Source of the DNA: Octopus sinensis
Lineage: Eukaryota
NCBI RefSeq assembly: GCF_006345805.1
Contig: NC_043001.1
Coordinates: forward strand, 26,288,001-26,352,000
Length of the DNA stretch: 64,000 nucleotides
Direction: 5' to 3'
The notes below the pieces were generated by a model. The model saw only the letters and a program-made list of their open reading frames with translations. It was not told where the DNA came from and made no database searches. The position numbers were made by a program, and so were the translations under genes. Shown here in pieces: positions 51,268 to 64,000 of the stretch. Numbering within the stretch: position 1 is the first letter of the stretch; each line of letters opens with the position of its first letter.

Positions 51268-51998
51268 TAAAGAAGGAAGAGAGAGGAAAGAAAGATCCCA
51301 GAGCGGGCAACAGGGAAAGAGAAAAAAAAAAAAAAAAAAGACGACTGGTGTTTACGAGTGGCACATATATATATATATGAGTTATTTTCTGTTAAATTAC
51401 TTACTTAAAAACTTAAGGATAAAAAAAAAAGAAGAAATCTGACTAGAACTTGTCTTTAGTTTTTTCAGGATATGTGAGCAACTTGCTATTTTTGAGGCAG
51501 CAGGTTTATAGATCAGTAGATATAGTCTGGATTTGATTTTCAGATGGAATGACTTCCTTTACCATCCTCAGTAATTCTGGAAAATATACATACCACAAAT
51601 TCAAGTTCTTGCTCTCACATATCTAAAGTTTCATTCTCTTATATAGCAGAAAATCAACGACCGATTTTTTTTTTTTTTTAAATAGCTTCACTGCTCAGTC
51701 TAATAAATTTACTGGTAGTGTGAATATTTTTGAAATGAAATTACAGAAGCATCATTTTGTTTGGAAACTAAATGTCAATGGTAGTATTTGTTAAATAACT
51801 AAATAGTATCTGAAAACTTTTATAAAATATTTTAACCATGACATTTGCTAGTTAAATTATCTTAAATAGGTTTTGATTAGTTGAGACAGTTGACATCTCT
51901 GACCCTTCTTCATATTCATATTCAGCTGCAATTAAGGATAGAGGCAGACTTAATCAATTGGACAAGTAGACTTAATCCACTGCCTAGGGTGCCTTTAA

Positions 51999-52220
51999 CC
52001 CTTTCGTTACTGTATTTATTTTGTGATGCTCTGTCTTTCTTTCAATTAATTTTAAATATAACAAAGAATTTAGTAAACTAACTTAGTTATCATTAAGCTA
52101 GTGTTAGAAACATAAATTATGACTAAGGTTTAGTGGAAGATTTTAATTCAAAATTTAGGAAAACAAGACATTTGTACTACAGAGCCAGAGGCGGTTTCAG
52201 CCGAGTTGGTATCAAAAGGG
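51999..52220. mobile_element. piggyBac-like MITE, family 1 (opposite orientation)
   Basis: TTAA TSDs at 51995-51998 and 52221-52224. Confidence 0.9.
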
Positions 52221-52979
52221 TTAAAGGAAGTGACTATGTTGCAAGTATTTGGGCCAGATTGCTTTGTTTGAGGAAACTTGGGTCTCTCACCAGTCTTAAG
52301 AGCCCCAAAAAAGATCATGAATGCTGCTCTTACTTTTCTGATGAAGTGATACAAAAGATTTTTTAATAGATTTTGCCATTTTCACAGAAACAAGGTATAT
52401 ATATATTTCCAAAACACCTCAAGTACACAATTATATACCATAATAATGGTTCCATTTGACAAAATAGGAGGCCAGTTTTATGAACTAATGTAAATGAAAT
52501 TGTATATTATTGTAGTTGAAACTGTATATAACTGGAACATATTTTTTCATAAAAAATGTTAATGGAATTCTGAATAGCAAGATACAGAACTTAAAGCCAT
52601 AAAATATCTATTGAGTCTAGCAGCATGCATCAAATACACAACTATGCTATATCTTGCTATAATAAATAAAAGATGTGACATATCCTTTGAGACAATAATG
52701 ATAATGTAAAAATGGCTTGATGATATAATAGGGTTGGTTGGTTTTAATAAAACTTGTCAATATATCATCTATTTAGTTATCTCAGACTTCATGATTACTA
52801 TATTTTTTTCTTTAATATTAATACCCAAGGAGAAAAGTTATATTTATAGCTATAGGAGAGATTGGTAAGTGGACAAGATTACTATTATTAATGTGAAATT
52901 TGAAAACTTTAAGGTTATTGAACAGTATATTGCCTAACATTTTGGTCTTTTATCATCTCTTATTACTAAACTCAATATT

Positions 52980-53480
52980 CTGAGTTCTCACCTCAACAGT
53001 TTTCCTAGGTATCCTCTACTGAAAATAATTGGTACTTTTCACCTAACATTCTTCCTCATCTGTTTGCATCACATGTCCATAGCAGCTAAGTCAGTTTCAT
53101 TTCTTCTGAACACTTCCTTTAACATCCAACTACCCCTTTTTTTTTTTTTTACTTCATTTGTGTTCAGCTTCCCATGCAGCATAACATGGCAAATCTAATA
53201 GATCATGCTTGCTTCATTTCTTTCCTCTGCAGATTTTTCCATATTCACTGCATATACAATGCTCATTCTCATACATGCTTTATACACAATCTGTTTTACA
53301 TGCCAGTAGAGAAACATTTTTCATCTGTCATCTCAGTGGTTTTTCTAGCTACAATCATCTTCTACAATAATTAGCTCACCAAGTGAGCCATCTAAGAGTT
53401 CACGGACTTCATTTCATTAGTGTGTCTGCATTGATTCTGTCAGCCAGATCCTGTCACATTTGTATTGCCATTGCTTGCAC
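52980..53480 (-). mobile_element. Decayed RTE LINE fragment
   Basis: IVYKACMRMSIVY, EERNEASMI and YGHVMQTDE remnants. Confidence 0.55.
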
Positions 53481-54104
53481 GAACTGAGTACACAATACTA
53501 AATCCTTATCCATCTCCTACCTACATATTAAGCAAGGTCAAAAACACCAAGATTTTATGCTCTATCTCTCTCTCACTCACTCACTCACTCTCTTTCTCTC
53601 TAACTAGCTAGCACTTTAGTTTTAAGCTCTGGGCTTAAATTTTTTTCTCAGCGTGACAGATTCTTCACTAAAAAATAGGTCATCAGTATTTTAAAGTTTT
53701 CAGAGACATCTAGTTCCTTTTGCATTATAACCTACAGAACTATAATAAATCCCATCATACTCTCACTTCTTTCTCTCTCTCTCACACACCCTTGTTCATC
53801 TTCTGCAGATGCCCTCCCTTCTACCTGCTCTGTTGATCATGTTGCTGAAATGAATGGAAACTACATAAGAGTAATGAGCACCGTTTTGTCTTACAGGGTT
53901 CAAAACAACATCACAAATACTGGTGCATGATAAAATGCATCCCATACATTCCGTGAAGTGGTTGGCAAATGAGTGGAGATAAGCAAGTGGATAACATGGA
54001 GTTGGAAAAAACTCTTAAGTATTGTCCTATTGGAGACATGACCATCTCTCTCTAGTGCTGGTGCCATGCCAACATGGAGGGCAGAGGTAAATTTATAACA
54101 GTAG

Positions 54105-54360
54105 TGGTGGTGGTGAGGAGGAGGAGGGGGAGGAAGTGGGAAGAGGAGGAAATGGAGGGAGGAGAAAATGGGGAGGAGGAGAAAATGGGGAGGGGGGAGA
54201 AGGAGGAAATGGGGAGGAGGAGGAAATGGGGAGGAGGGGAAAGTGAAGAGGAGGAGGGGAGGAGGGGAAAGTGAAGAGGAGGAGGGGAGGAGGGGAAAGT
54301 GAAGAGGAGGAGGGGAGGAGGGGGAGGAAGGGATGAGGGAGAGGAGGAGGAGGAGGATAG
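54105..54360 (+). repeat. Polypurine (GGA/GGGA) tract with a ~28-bp tandem unit
   Basis: GGAAAGTGAAGAGGAGGAGGGGAGGAGG-like unit repeated about three times from ~54238. Confidence 0.9.
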
Positions 54361-54603
54361 GTTATAATTATCCATGAAGAGGACTGACAGAATCAATTGT
54401 TTCACCATTCATTATCAAATGAATAATTAAGCTAGTCTTGAACAACATGATGGTGACCTTGATCTCTGCTTAGACACCACAATGAAGCAAGCAAATAAAC
54501 AAAGGACTGCATTTCATGTGACCATATGAACAACTTTGATACTGAATGACAGCAACTTATTTTATTACAGCCAGGTGAGTTTAACAAGACTATTGAACAA
54601 CAT

Positions 54604-54690
54604 AGGCGCAGGAGTGGCTGTGCGGTAAGTAGCTTGCTTACCAACCACATGGTTCCAGGTTCAGTCCCACTGCATGGCACCTCGGGCAAG
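54604..54690 (+). mobile_element. Isolated family B tRNA-like head
   Basis: AGGCGCAGGAGTGGCTGTGCGGTAAG...CTCGGGCAAG, then unrelated sequence. Confidence 0.85.
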
Positions 54691-54809
54691 GCTGGCATCC
54701 CACTGAGGGGTGATGTTGTGACTTATACACCAAGGTAACTGGGTAATTGGCCCTATGAATCCTAGGACTTGTGACAGTAATGTTCAGGGTTTGCTGATGA
54801 TGATGATTA

Positions 54810-55676
54810 GCATACTCTGTAGAGTGGTTGGTGATAGGAAGGGCATCCAGCATAGAAACTAAACCAACAGTGGAATGTACAAGTAAAACAGTCTCCAATC
54901 CATCTAAGAGAACTAACTTCTGAATAAGAATTCACTAAGACTGTCATGACACAATCAGCCAGTCTAGCATGAAAAATCATCATCATTATCATCAACATTT
55001 AACGTCTGCTTTCTATGCTGGCATGGGTTGGATGGTTTGACAGGAACTGGTGAGGCCAGGGGCCATACCAGGTTCCATAATCTGTTTTGATTTGATTTCT
55101 ATGGCTGGGTGCCTTTCCTAGCGTCAACCACTTTACAGAGGGCACTGGGTGCTTTTTACATGGCACCATCACCAGTGCTTTTTGCATGAAAAATCAAGTA
55201 TAAAATAATGTCAATGACAATGATGATGCTGTATTCATCAATGGCTATTCGACCCATTGAACAAATAAAATGATAGGCAAAACATTTGACTTTGTTTGCC
55301 TTTGATATACATTTCTTTTAACGAACTCGGCCGTTGCCAGCACCGCCCCGACTGGCCTCTGAGCTGGTGGCACGTAAAAAGCACCATCCAATTGTGGCTG
55401 TTGCCAGCCTCGTCTGGCCTCTGAGCTGGTGGCACGTAAAAAGCATCAACCAATCGTGGCCATTGCCAGCCTCCTCTGGCCTTTGTGCTGGTGGCACATA
55501 AAAAGCACCCACTACACTCACGGAGTGGTTGGCGTTAGGAAGGGCATTCAGCTGTAGAAACATGCCAGATCAGACTGGGCCTGGTGCAGCCTTCTGGCTT
55601 CCCAGACCCCAGTTGAACCGTCCGACCCATGCTAGCATGGAAAGCAGACATTAAACGATGATGATGATGATGATGA
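54810..55676. mobile_element. Cluster of three family A copies (+ 54810-54975, - 54978-55185, + 55320-55676)
   Basis: GGAAGGGCATCCAG cores and CAT/GAT tails. Confidence 0.8.
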
Positions 55677-56775
55677 GAGCTAATTTGTATGGAAGAAGTA
55701 AATAGTAAATCAAATCAATCCAGTATATTACTGGTATTCATTTCATCCATCTTAAGATACAACAAGCAGAATTACTCCTGGGAGGATTTGACTAAGAAGT
55801 AATCAGCTAAATATTGAAAAGCATATTGACTGGAATTCTAGTATTTTTGCTAACTTCAATAAAAGATACATGCATAGACATTTAAACATCTTTCTATACA
55901 ATATATTCATAGTAGCTTTATGGCTAATACAAATGAAGAAGGAAGCATTTTATACTAAGTTAGTAGAATGAATATATGGATTTTTCTATTTGAAACACAC
56001 ACAAACACACAATGTAAGGAAGTAGGCTAATGCTATTGTTTCAACAGGAAACTGCTTTCATCTCTTTTCTGACACTGAGACTGAAGCAAGCACATCACAG
56101 TAGAAATGTAATCATTAACCATCAACGGAGCAGTTCACATTTCTTATGACGTACATCGTACATCTCTAAATAAAGACATTTAATAGGTAAGAGAAGAAAG
56201 AGCAAGAAAAAGGGTGATAAGAGAGAGTGTGAGAAAGAGGGTGGGAAGAGAGAGTGAGAAAGAGGAAAGTATATAGAAGTAAGAGAAGGGAGATTAAGAA
56301 AGAGAATATGCATGTGTGTGTGTGTGTGTGTGTGTGTTTAAAAGGAAAAACAGAAAATAAAATTGTTATGTAATGGAAAAATGTAAGAAAGAATTTGACT
56401 GCTTAAGTCTTGGTATTCTTGACTTTGGGGCACTTGATCTGCTGATTTTACATATTTGGCCTTACCAGTAAGGCCAAGTTCCTCCAGATATCATATGATT
56501 CACTTGAGATTAGAAGTAAAGAAAGATCTGCAAAGCTCCATTTTCAGTGACATTTTCTGCAACAGTCTATGAATAATACATCCTTTACTAAATGAACCTC
56601 TGGGGCAAAAGTCAACACCAGTGTGAATCTATGCAATGGAGTATTAAATGGCGTTAGAATATAATTGAAATGTAAATTAATATAGAGATAAATATTAACA
56701 CCACTACAAGGACAGCAACAGAATTATAGGCATAGCACTTCTATATAATTTAGCAGTACTATTGCAATAGGCAAA

Positions 56776-56990
56776 AGCGGCAAGCTGGCAGAATCATTAG
56801 CATGTTGGGCAAAATGCTTAGCAGCATTTAATCCATCTTTATGTTCTTAGTTCAAATTCCACCAAGATCTACTTTGCCTTTCGTCCTTGTGGGGTCCATA
56901 AAATAAGTGCCAGTTGAACATTAGGATTGATGTAATCGACTTATCCCCTCCCCTGAAATTGCTGGCCTTGTGCCAAAATTTGAACTCTAT
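56776..56990 (+). mobile_element. SINE family C
   Basis: Flanked by a TGCAATAGGCAAA duplication. Confidence 0.85.
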
Positions 56991-57007
56991 ACTGCAATAG
57001 GCAAAGG

Positions 57008-57218
57008 TGCCGTTCAAGAATTTGGACCTGGAGATCTCCATTTCCAGCGACTTCGAGGGCCACCTACCAGTGGTGTCGGGCATCAACGAAGATCCCTTGA
57101 CTACAACAAGATGACCAAAGTTTTTTTTTTTTTTCCAAGGTCTGGGGTCTCCTGCCCTTAAGTCCTAGACCATCACCTAATCACCCTTACCTGTCTTGTT
57201 GCTTAACAACAACAACAA
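57008..57218 (+). mobile_element. Unclassified 5'-truncated non-LTR retroposon 3' end with an (AAC)n tail
   Basis: Perfect 13-bp TSD CAATAGGCAAAGG (56995-57007, 57219-57231). Confidence 0.75.
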
Positions 57219-57803
57219 CAATAGGCAAAGGCTATGTTATATCATTCAAGCTAAACCACATCAAAGAATGAAACGGCAGAATCCAAGGAAACTTGTGAAG
57301 ATCTGTATTAGTTTATCAGTATCAAAATAATAAAAGACTGTCTATGTTGTAAGAAAGAAATAGAGAGTGTGTCTGCTGTTTCAGATGGTGGTCCTTTAAC
57401 TGGAGGAAAGGAAAAATTTGGGGAAGAAGAAAAGTATGTAGTTTGAGTAATGTCTCACATAGTGGTAAAAAGGCATATATGATGATCTTGGTAAAGCACA
57501 TTCCCCACAGTCAGAATAAATGAAAACATAGCCACATAATTTTTGTGCTCTTATATATAGCTCACATCCACTCCTACCAGTTCACACAAATGTAGACAAC
57601 ATATCACACAACAATTTCTCTTCACATACATCTCGCTTAGCTCTTCTGCTTCCTGCACTCACTAGACAATACCCACCTTTTCTTCCATTGCTTCTGCCTT
57701 TCAACCATGCAAGACATAACTCAAAGTATGTACTTTGTTCCTTCTCCACTAAGTTTTTTTGTTCCTCTTACTCTTCCCTCAAAGGACCATTGTCTGAAAT
57801 ATC

Positions 57804-57847
<44 letters not shown>

Positions 57848-57911
57848 TTCTCTTACAGCATAAAATTAATAATTACATACTCTGTACTCTTCTTTGCCTT
57901 GTTTTGTTCCT

Positions 57912-58157
57912 AAAGCACCATCCGATCGTGGCCGTTTGCCAGCCTCGTCTGGCACCTGTGTCGGTGGCACGTAAAAAGCACCCACAACACTCATGGAGTG
58001 GTTGGCGTTAGGAAGGGCATCCAGCCGTAGAAACATTGCCAGATCAGACTGGGCCTGGTGCAGCCTTCTGGCTTCTCAGACCCCAGTTGAACCGTCCAAC
58101 CCATGCCAGCATGGAAAGCGGACGCTAAACGATGATGATGATGATTGATGATGATGA
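57912..58157 (+). mobile_element. Family A retroposon
   Basis: Module, core and (GAT)n tail. Confidence 0.9.
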
Positions 58158-60149
58158 GTTATCACACTGACTGCAAATGCAGACATCTAGATTATTGAAT
58201 TATACTTAATTTGGATTATCTTTATCCTTATTATTTGCTGACACTAATTTCCCTGGATTCTACTTTCATTAATTTCTCAGTGTAATTTGGCTTGAATAAT
58301 GCAAACTAGCCATCACTTATTGTAATATTACTGTAAAATTATAGAAGAGCTATATTATTTGTTTTATTTGGCATCTGGAACTTTTCCACTAAACAAGTAA
58401 AAAGTTTACTAATTTCCATTTTCTGAAGTTTCTACACATAAAGTCATGGTTAGTCCACTTTACTCTATAAGGAGCATAGGGCCATTTTCCCGGTTTCTCT
58501 GATATATATATTCCTCCCTGGATGGGATACCAGTTCATTGCAAGATTACTCATTTTTTTCTATCTGAATGGACTGGAGCAACATGAAATAAAGTGTTTTG
58601 TTCAAGAACACAATACATAACCCAGTCCAAGAATTGGAATCACAATCTTACGATCATGAGTACAACACAACCACTAAGCCATATATCTCCAGTAAAAATA
58701 GACTCATGCCCATTATTATTTTTCAAATCACAACCTACCATCTTGAAAAATGAAGACAATGAATATTATAGTCCCGAGTGATTATATCCGAAAGAATTTT
58801 GATTATAGGTCTGCCCAGTAAAGGCTGAAATTGTTCTAAGTGTAACATATTGCTTGTATATGAATGAATAGTGGGAATCAGTAGGACTCTATATCAATGT
58901 TCAATGGCTGTGTATGATGATGTATGTGTGAAGCAATTGTGTATATGTGATGTGTGGTTATGTGAGTGGAGATATGCTGCTAGAGGAAGGTAAGTCATTT
59001 GTTTAAAGCATATGGATATGCAGTACCAAGACAGAAGGTAATATACACTGTTCACCTTTCCACAGCGCAAAGGCAAACATTATTACTTAAAGCATATACT
59101 TTTCCCTCAGAACACCTTTGATCATAGGTCTACAAAGTTAGAGCTGACTTGGGTTAAACAACTACAAGTTAATATCCTGCAAGAATCAACTTTGGCTTAC
59201 GAGTTAATAAAATAACTAAGTAGTATTGTATTTCTGGTACCTTAAAGAAATTGGTGTTGTGCATTGTCAAAATGGAAATATACAATTATAGCCATATTTT
59301 CTTTTGTAACTGTGACATACTATAAGATATTACTTAGAATTAATCTAAGTATTGTTTTTAGTATTTCTGTTCTTCTTTAAGCAAACTGCTAAAAATGTTA
59401 CAATGGCTCCTGGCTGCAAGCAACTGACCACTTACAGTATAGTATAAAAGTTATGTAATATAACTGATCTAGGTTCCTCCTGATAAAACCCAAAATAGCT
59501 CTTTTGTAATTACTAATATATTTTATTCCAGCCAAGCCATATAAAGACACTATGCCAACATTCATTTTTCCCTCCTTCTTCGGGGTTACTATTAACTATT
59601 CTCATTTTCACTGTCGTTTCACTGTGTCACATACCATGAAATGCCATTCTTAATTAACTTTTTTATTTTTCAAAAGGCAGTCGTTTTCCAAATATTTTCC
59701 CTCATTTTCCTGATCAGCTGACTAAAACTTATGTAACACAATCTCATAGTTCACAAATGAATGCAGGAAGTGCAATATGGTTTGAATTAAGATTCTTTAA
59801 AAATTTCAATGTTTTTTTACCCCTTTGACAAGCTACTTGTTTATCTTAACCAAGAATCTATTGAACTATGTAAATAGAAAGAACAGAAACAGCACTATAC
59901 TACAGTTTATTTATATAATATTTTTAAGCTTAAAAGTATTACATACATAACATGCATATATAACATTAATATAAACAATATGGCTGAATTAAAGATTTGA
60001 TCATAAATCTTACATAGTTGACAATTTGACATTACCTCATCTATTCAAACCATTTATATTAGAATACATTATTATTTTTAGAAATTACTTATAATATCTA
60101 ATGTAAATGTAATATATAAATGTAAATTTCTGCTAATCCTCAAGGTGCT

Positions 60150-60365
60150 TTTAAAGGGTGGTGCATAGATCTGATTTCATGTCTTTAAACAGAGGAGACA
60201 AATATTCCTCTGGAGAGGATACTGTCAACAGCAGATAACATTCCCAGATTATCTGGTACCTATTCTTGACAGCTAGATGAAGTGGGACACAGATTAAGTG
60301 CAATTGCCCAAGTGAACAACACAATTTCTGCTGTAGATTTGAACACAAAACCATTGATTTCAATA
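60150..60365 (-). mobile_element. Possible hAT transposase dimerisation-domain relic
   Basis: RYQIIWECYLLLTVSSPE...FKDMKSDLCTTL loosely matches L..P.SSA..ER.FS..K.IK..LR..L. Confidence 0.35.
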
Positions 60366-61059
60366 TCCAGTAACCACACAGCTATTTTAGTTTTACACAA
60401 CTAATGTGCATAACATGAATAGATTGTAATACAATATACTGTGAATACTGTATGTACCGAGGTCCCCATTAGACAGGTCACAAGTATGTTATTGTAGCTA
60501 TTTCATTTGAATGTAATAATTCAGGCAGTCAAGAATTGTGATGTCACTTTGGTCTAGCGGTTAACACAGCTATATGGTTTACAGCAGACATGGTGTTCAA
60601 ATCCCACAAGCAATGTTACAACTTTCTTCTACTTCTTTGGCTAAATATAAGATCTTACATTTGTAAAGGAATATAACGTTATTAATTTTCTAAAGGGCAT
60701 CAGGGGTGTAAGTGGAGTGAAGTTTCAATCTCAAACTATAACTGGGTTATCGACTTAACTCAAAAGTAGCTCATCTCTTTTACTACACAGTGCTATTCAC
60801 ATGTCACAAAATAACTATGTAGATTTTACTTTTCTACCCATGGAGAGATTGTATAGGCATTTGTTTATATTTTTCTAATGTACCCAATAGCTTACACAAT
60901 GTCAGCTGAAATTTGTAACAATTATACTAATTATTATTATAATAATAATTAACACTCGATAATACAATTATAGTCTTGAAAAAACACTGCTTAGGACATC
61001 AATAATTAATTGAAATAGTTGCCAGCTACATGCTATTTATGCAAATTGGGTTTTCTGGT

Positions 61060-61405
61060 TTAGTGAAGTTTCTGAACACCAGATATAGTTGTATGAAACA
61101 AGGAGAAAAGGCCATGCTGCATTTTGGAGATGAGTTGCCTAATAGATGCAAATGTTTCATTAAAAAACTGGAGAAAAGGAGAACATCTTGAAGAACTGAT
61201 GAGAAATCTATAGCTCTTATATCCAGGATATAGATTTTCATTCATCCTTGTTGGCATAGATTACATAACAACAGGTCTGCATTAAACCTAAAAATACTTG
61301 GGTTCTCTTAAAAAGAACAGAGCTGACTGATTCATATTCTCTGGATACAATTGATTATGGGCAGGGTGAAAATGTGTAAAATATTTCAAGGATTTTTCAT
61401 TTGAA
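61060..61405 (+). mobile_element. REL-type (R4/NeSL-like) non-LTR retrotransposon 3' relic
   Basis: PDIVV*NKEKRPCCILEMSCLIDANV..EELMRNL*LLYPGYRFSFILVG..NLKILGFS..GRVKMCKIFQGF (PD..E REL motif). Confidence 0.75.
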
Positions 61406-62040
61406 GATTCCTGGGTGAACATAAGCACACGATCACAGATACATATAGAGTACACGTGCATGAACACACATAAACAGAAATGAAACATACACACATGTAT
61501 TTTATCATGACACACCTACCTACTAGTGCAAGTTTATCCACACACACACACACACAAAACATATACACATATATGCATACATCAACCAAGTTAGATAATC
61601 ACAAAGTCCAACAGCTGTCTTAAGCCTTACCACTATGTTAGTGACTGGCCTGAAAAGGAAACGAACTTAAAATAAACCCCAAAGAAACAAACAAGTATAC
61701 ACACACACAAACACACACGCACACATCCATACAATGTCTCCATATAGAGATAACACATAGGTGTGTTATTCCTGAGGGATGTCCCAAATAGGACCAAAAG
61801 AAATTTAATCACTTTCTCTCTTTCTAGCCACAAGTATTTGCTTACATTTACCTGGTGTACCCAATTAAACAAGTAGTGTTAGCTAAAAATTAGTACAGTT
61901 TTAAAACATACTGCAAAGCATTATAATAATTGTTATTATGATAATTAACTACTGAGAAGAACGATAAAAAAAAATAACTAATGCAACAGTTTCTTACATA
62001 ATCTTGAGGTGTTTTAGGGGAGGAATTGAAAATAAAAATT

Positions 62041-62445
62041 TCATCATCATTTTAATGTCCACTTTTCCTTGCTTGCATGAGTCAGATGGGAATTTGTTGA
62101 GGCACATGTTTTAATGCCTGGATGCCTTCTTCCTGTCACCAACTCCCACCTGTTTCCAAGCAAAGTAATATTTCCAAGGACCAGACACATTTTTCACAGA
62201 AGACTGGAAACAAACAACATTGCTTGTTTACAACCATGATGTGATGTTAAGAGAAGGGTACACAAATACACGCGCACACACAGTTATATACATATGACAA
62301 ACTTCTCTGTCTACTAATTCCACTCACAAATCTTTGGTCAGCATCCAACACTTTAGCAGAAGACATTTACACATGTGCTGCACTGTGGGACTAACCCAGG
62401 ATCACATAGATGGAAAGCAAGCATCTCGATCACATAGCCATATCT
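62041..62445 (-). mobile_element. Old family A variant followed by a degenerate family B head
   Basis: (CAT)n-TTTAATGTCCACTTTTCC...CTGGATGCCTTCTTCC, then CCACTCACAAATCTTTGGTC...GTGGGACT. Confidence 0.7.
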
Positions 62446-64000
62446 TCCCCTTCATGCAGTTATGCTTTGTTTTAATAATGAATTTGAAATAGTAACATAG
62501 AATATGTAAGCCATAATCACAAATATTTAATAGCTAAATATGATTATCCATAATCTAGTCTTTTAGACTATACCTTATATACACAACATTTCTATACATG
62601 AAAAAAAAAAGAACAAATTTTCATTTATGATAGATTGATTAGCATTTAGTAAACCTCAAAAGTTCTTTCCTAAGAACAAGTCTGTTGAACAAGTTAAAAA
62701 TTATCAAACAAGGTACTTCAAAATAGTCAGTCAGTAAAATTATATGATATACTGTTTACAATTCCAGCATTCCAAAAAGGCCATTTGTTGGCTAATACTT
62801 CTTGGTGATTTTGCAAAGTAATTTTCTTGTTATAATTATAATTAATTAGAAAGCCATTGATGTCAGTCTGTGGAATGTATTGTGAAATGTCTTAAATATT
62901 TTTATGCCTTGTTTGAGATACTTGGACATGGAACCAGAAATTTCTACAGAAAGAAAGCTCATTCAGGGATTTTTGCTTTTTTTAAAGACTTAAAGCTTGA
63001 AATTGAAACTAGGTTAAAAACTCAACTTAGAAATAATACTTCTTGATTAAAAACAAAATTGATTAGTTAACTTAAAATTGTGTTGCTACAGCTAGTATAA
63101 TTATCAAACACTTAGATCTGAATTTGATTTTGTCTTCGACATTTTTGAAGTTAGTTTTTCTCCACAAGCTATTTTTCCAGTAGCCGGTTTCATGATGGAC
63201 AATACATATTTGCCTTTATAAAACTCTACAAGACTGGGGAGTAAGAATATGTAGGTGCAGTTATTGGTCAATTTAAATTTCAAATTAGTAGCCACAGAGA
63301 AATTACAGTTCAAGGGAAGATGGGTTTAACAAGTATTCAAAATGAAATCAAAATAAGGAACTGCATGCAAGAGTTTGGAGAGACAAATTCATATTGGAAT
63401 GAAACTAATCTTGTGTACATCTTTTGTTCTCTGTCTAACACAGAAATCAATATTATCTTTAGATTTGCCAGGAAATATAACAGAAAATACAGACACAGTT
63501 CTCCTGCTTGATTCTTTAAAAAAATTTTTTTTTGAAAACGCATACAAATAAAGAAAATATTAAATATTGCTAATCAGAGAATTATGAAGGAAACACAATA
63601 AGAATGAGCAAATATGGTGTAATAGTTTCAATAGTGAATTAAATAAGAAAATTTGAGAGAGTAAAGTCCAGTGCAACAACAAAAGCAGATACATAATGTA
63701 GAACCTCTGTTTTATGATTTTGTTAGGGCCTCTGAGATTGGAGAGAGGAAGGGAGAAAATTATCCTTAGGCCATAGATCTGGTCAAATGCTTATAATGAA
63801 GTAGACTTTGTAAAGGCACACAAAGAGCCAGAGTTAAGCCAGGCAAGAACAGGAACAATCTCTACAACAGTTTTCCACATAATTTCTGTCAATCAAATTT
63901 CATTCACATAGTTTTGATCAACCTGAGATTACAGTAGAAGATAGTTGCCCATGGTTTTGTACATCAGGGTTAACCTCATACAGTTGAAAAGCAAACTTCT

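Noticed and set aside
63104-63543. Short ORFs near the window end
   Set aside because: No recognisable motif or convincing splice-site pair.

Overview
This is AT-rich eukaryotic DNA, saturated with microsatellites and transposons. The SINE, LINE and MITE content points to a cephalopod, most likely Octopus (inference). No complete protein-coding gene, rRNA, true tRNA or CRISPR array is visible, and most ORFs in the supplied track are artefacts of microsatellites and SINEs. The only host-gene signal is a set of small minus-strand exons in a largely TE-free island at about 30.5-32.8 kb; the clearest is 30555-30630. The rest is four recurrent SINE-like families (called A-D here), decayed LINEs (RTE, CR1, L1/Tx1, R4/Dong-type REL), Penelope-like relics, Tc1/mariner relics (DD37D maT, Tigger/pogo, mariner) and MITEs. 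The most notable observations are: (1) a ~2.6 kb spacer-less palindrome made of two head-to-head Penelope-like 3' ends, with a miniature version at 16.1 kb; (2) a GC-rich 365-bp insert with TATA/Inr and an atypical hammerhead-ribozyme-like motif; (3) a minimal variant hammerhead at 51.2 kb; (4) a headless RTE-partner retroposon carrying tandem compact H-type pseudoknot modules; (5) a MITE with internal (TTAGGG)n; (6) a dispersed inverted duplication about 4.6 kb apart. Boundaries of decayed elements were read by eye and are approximate.
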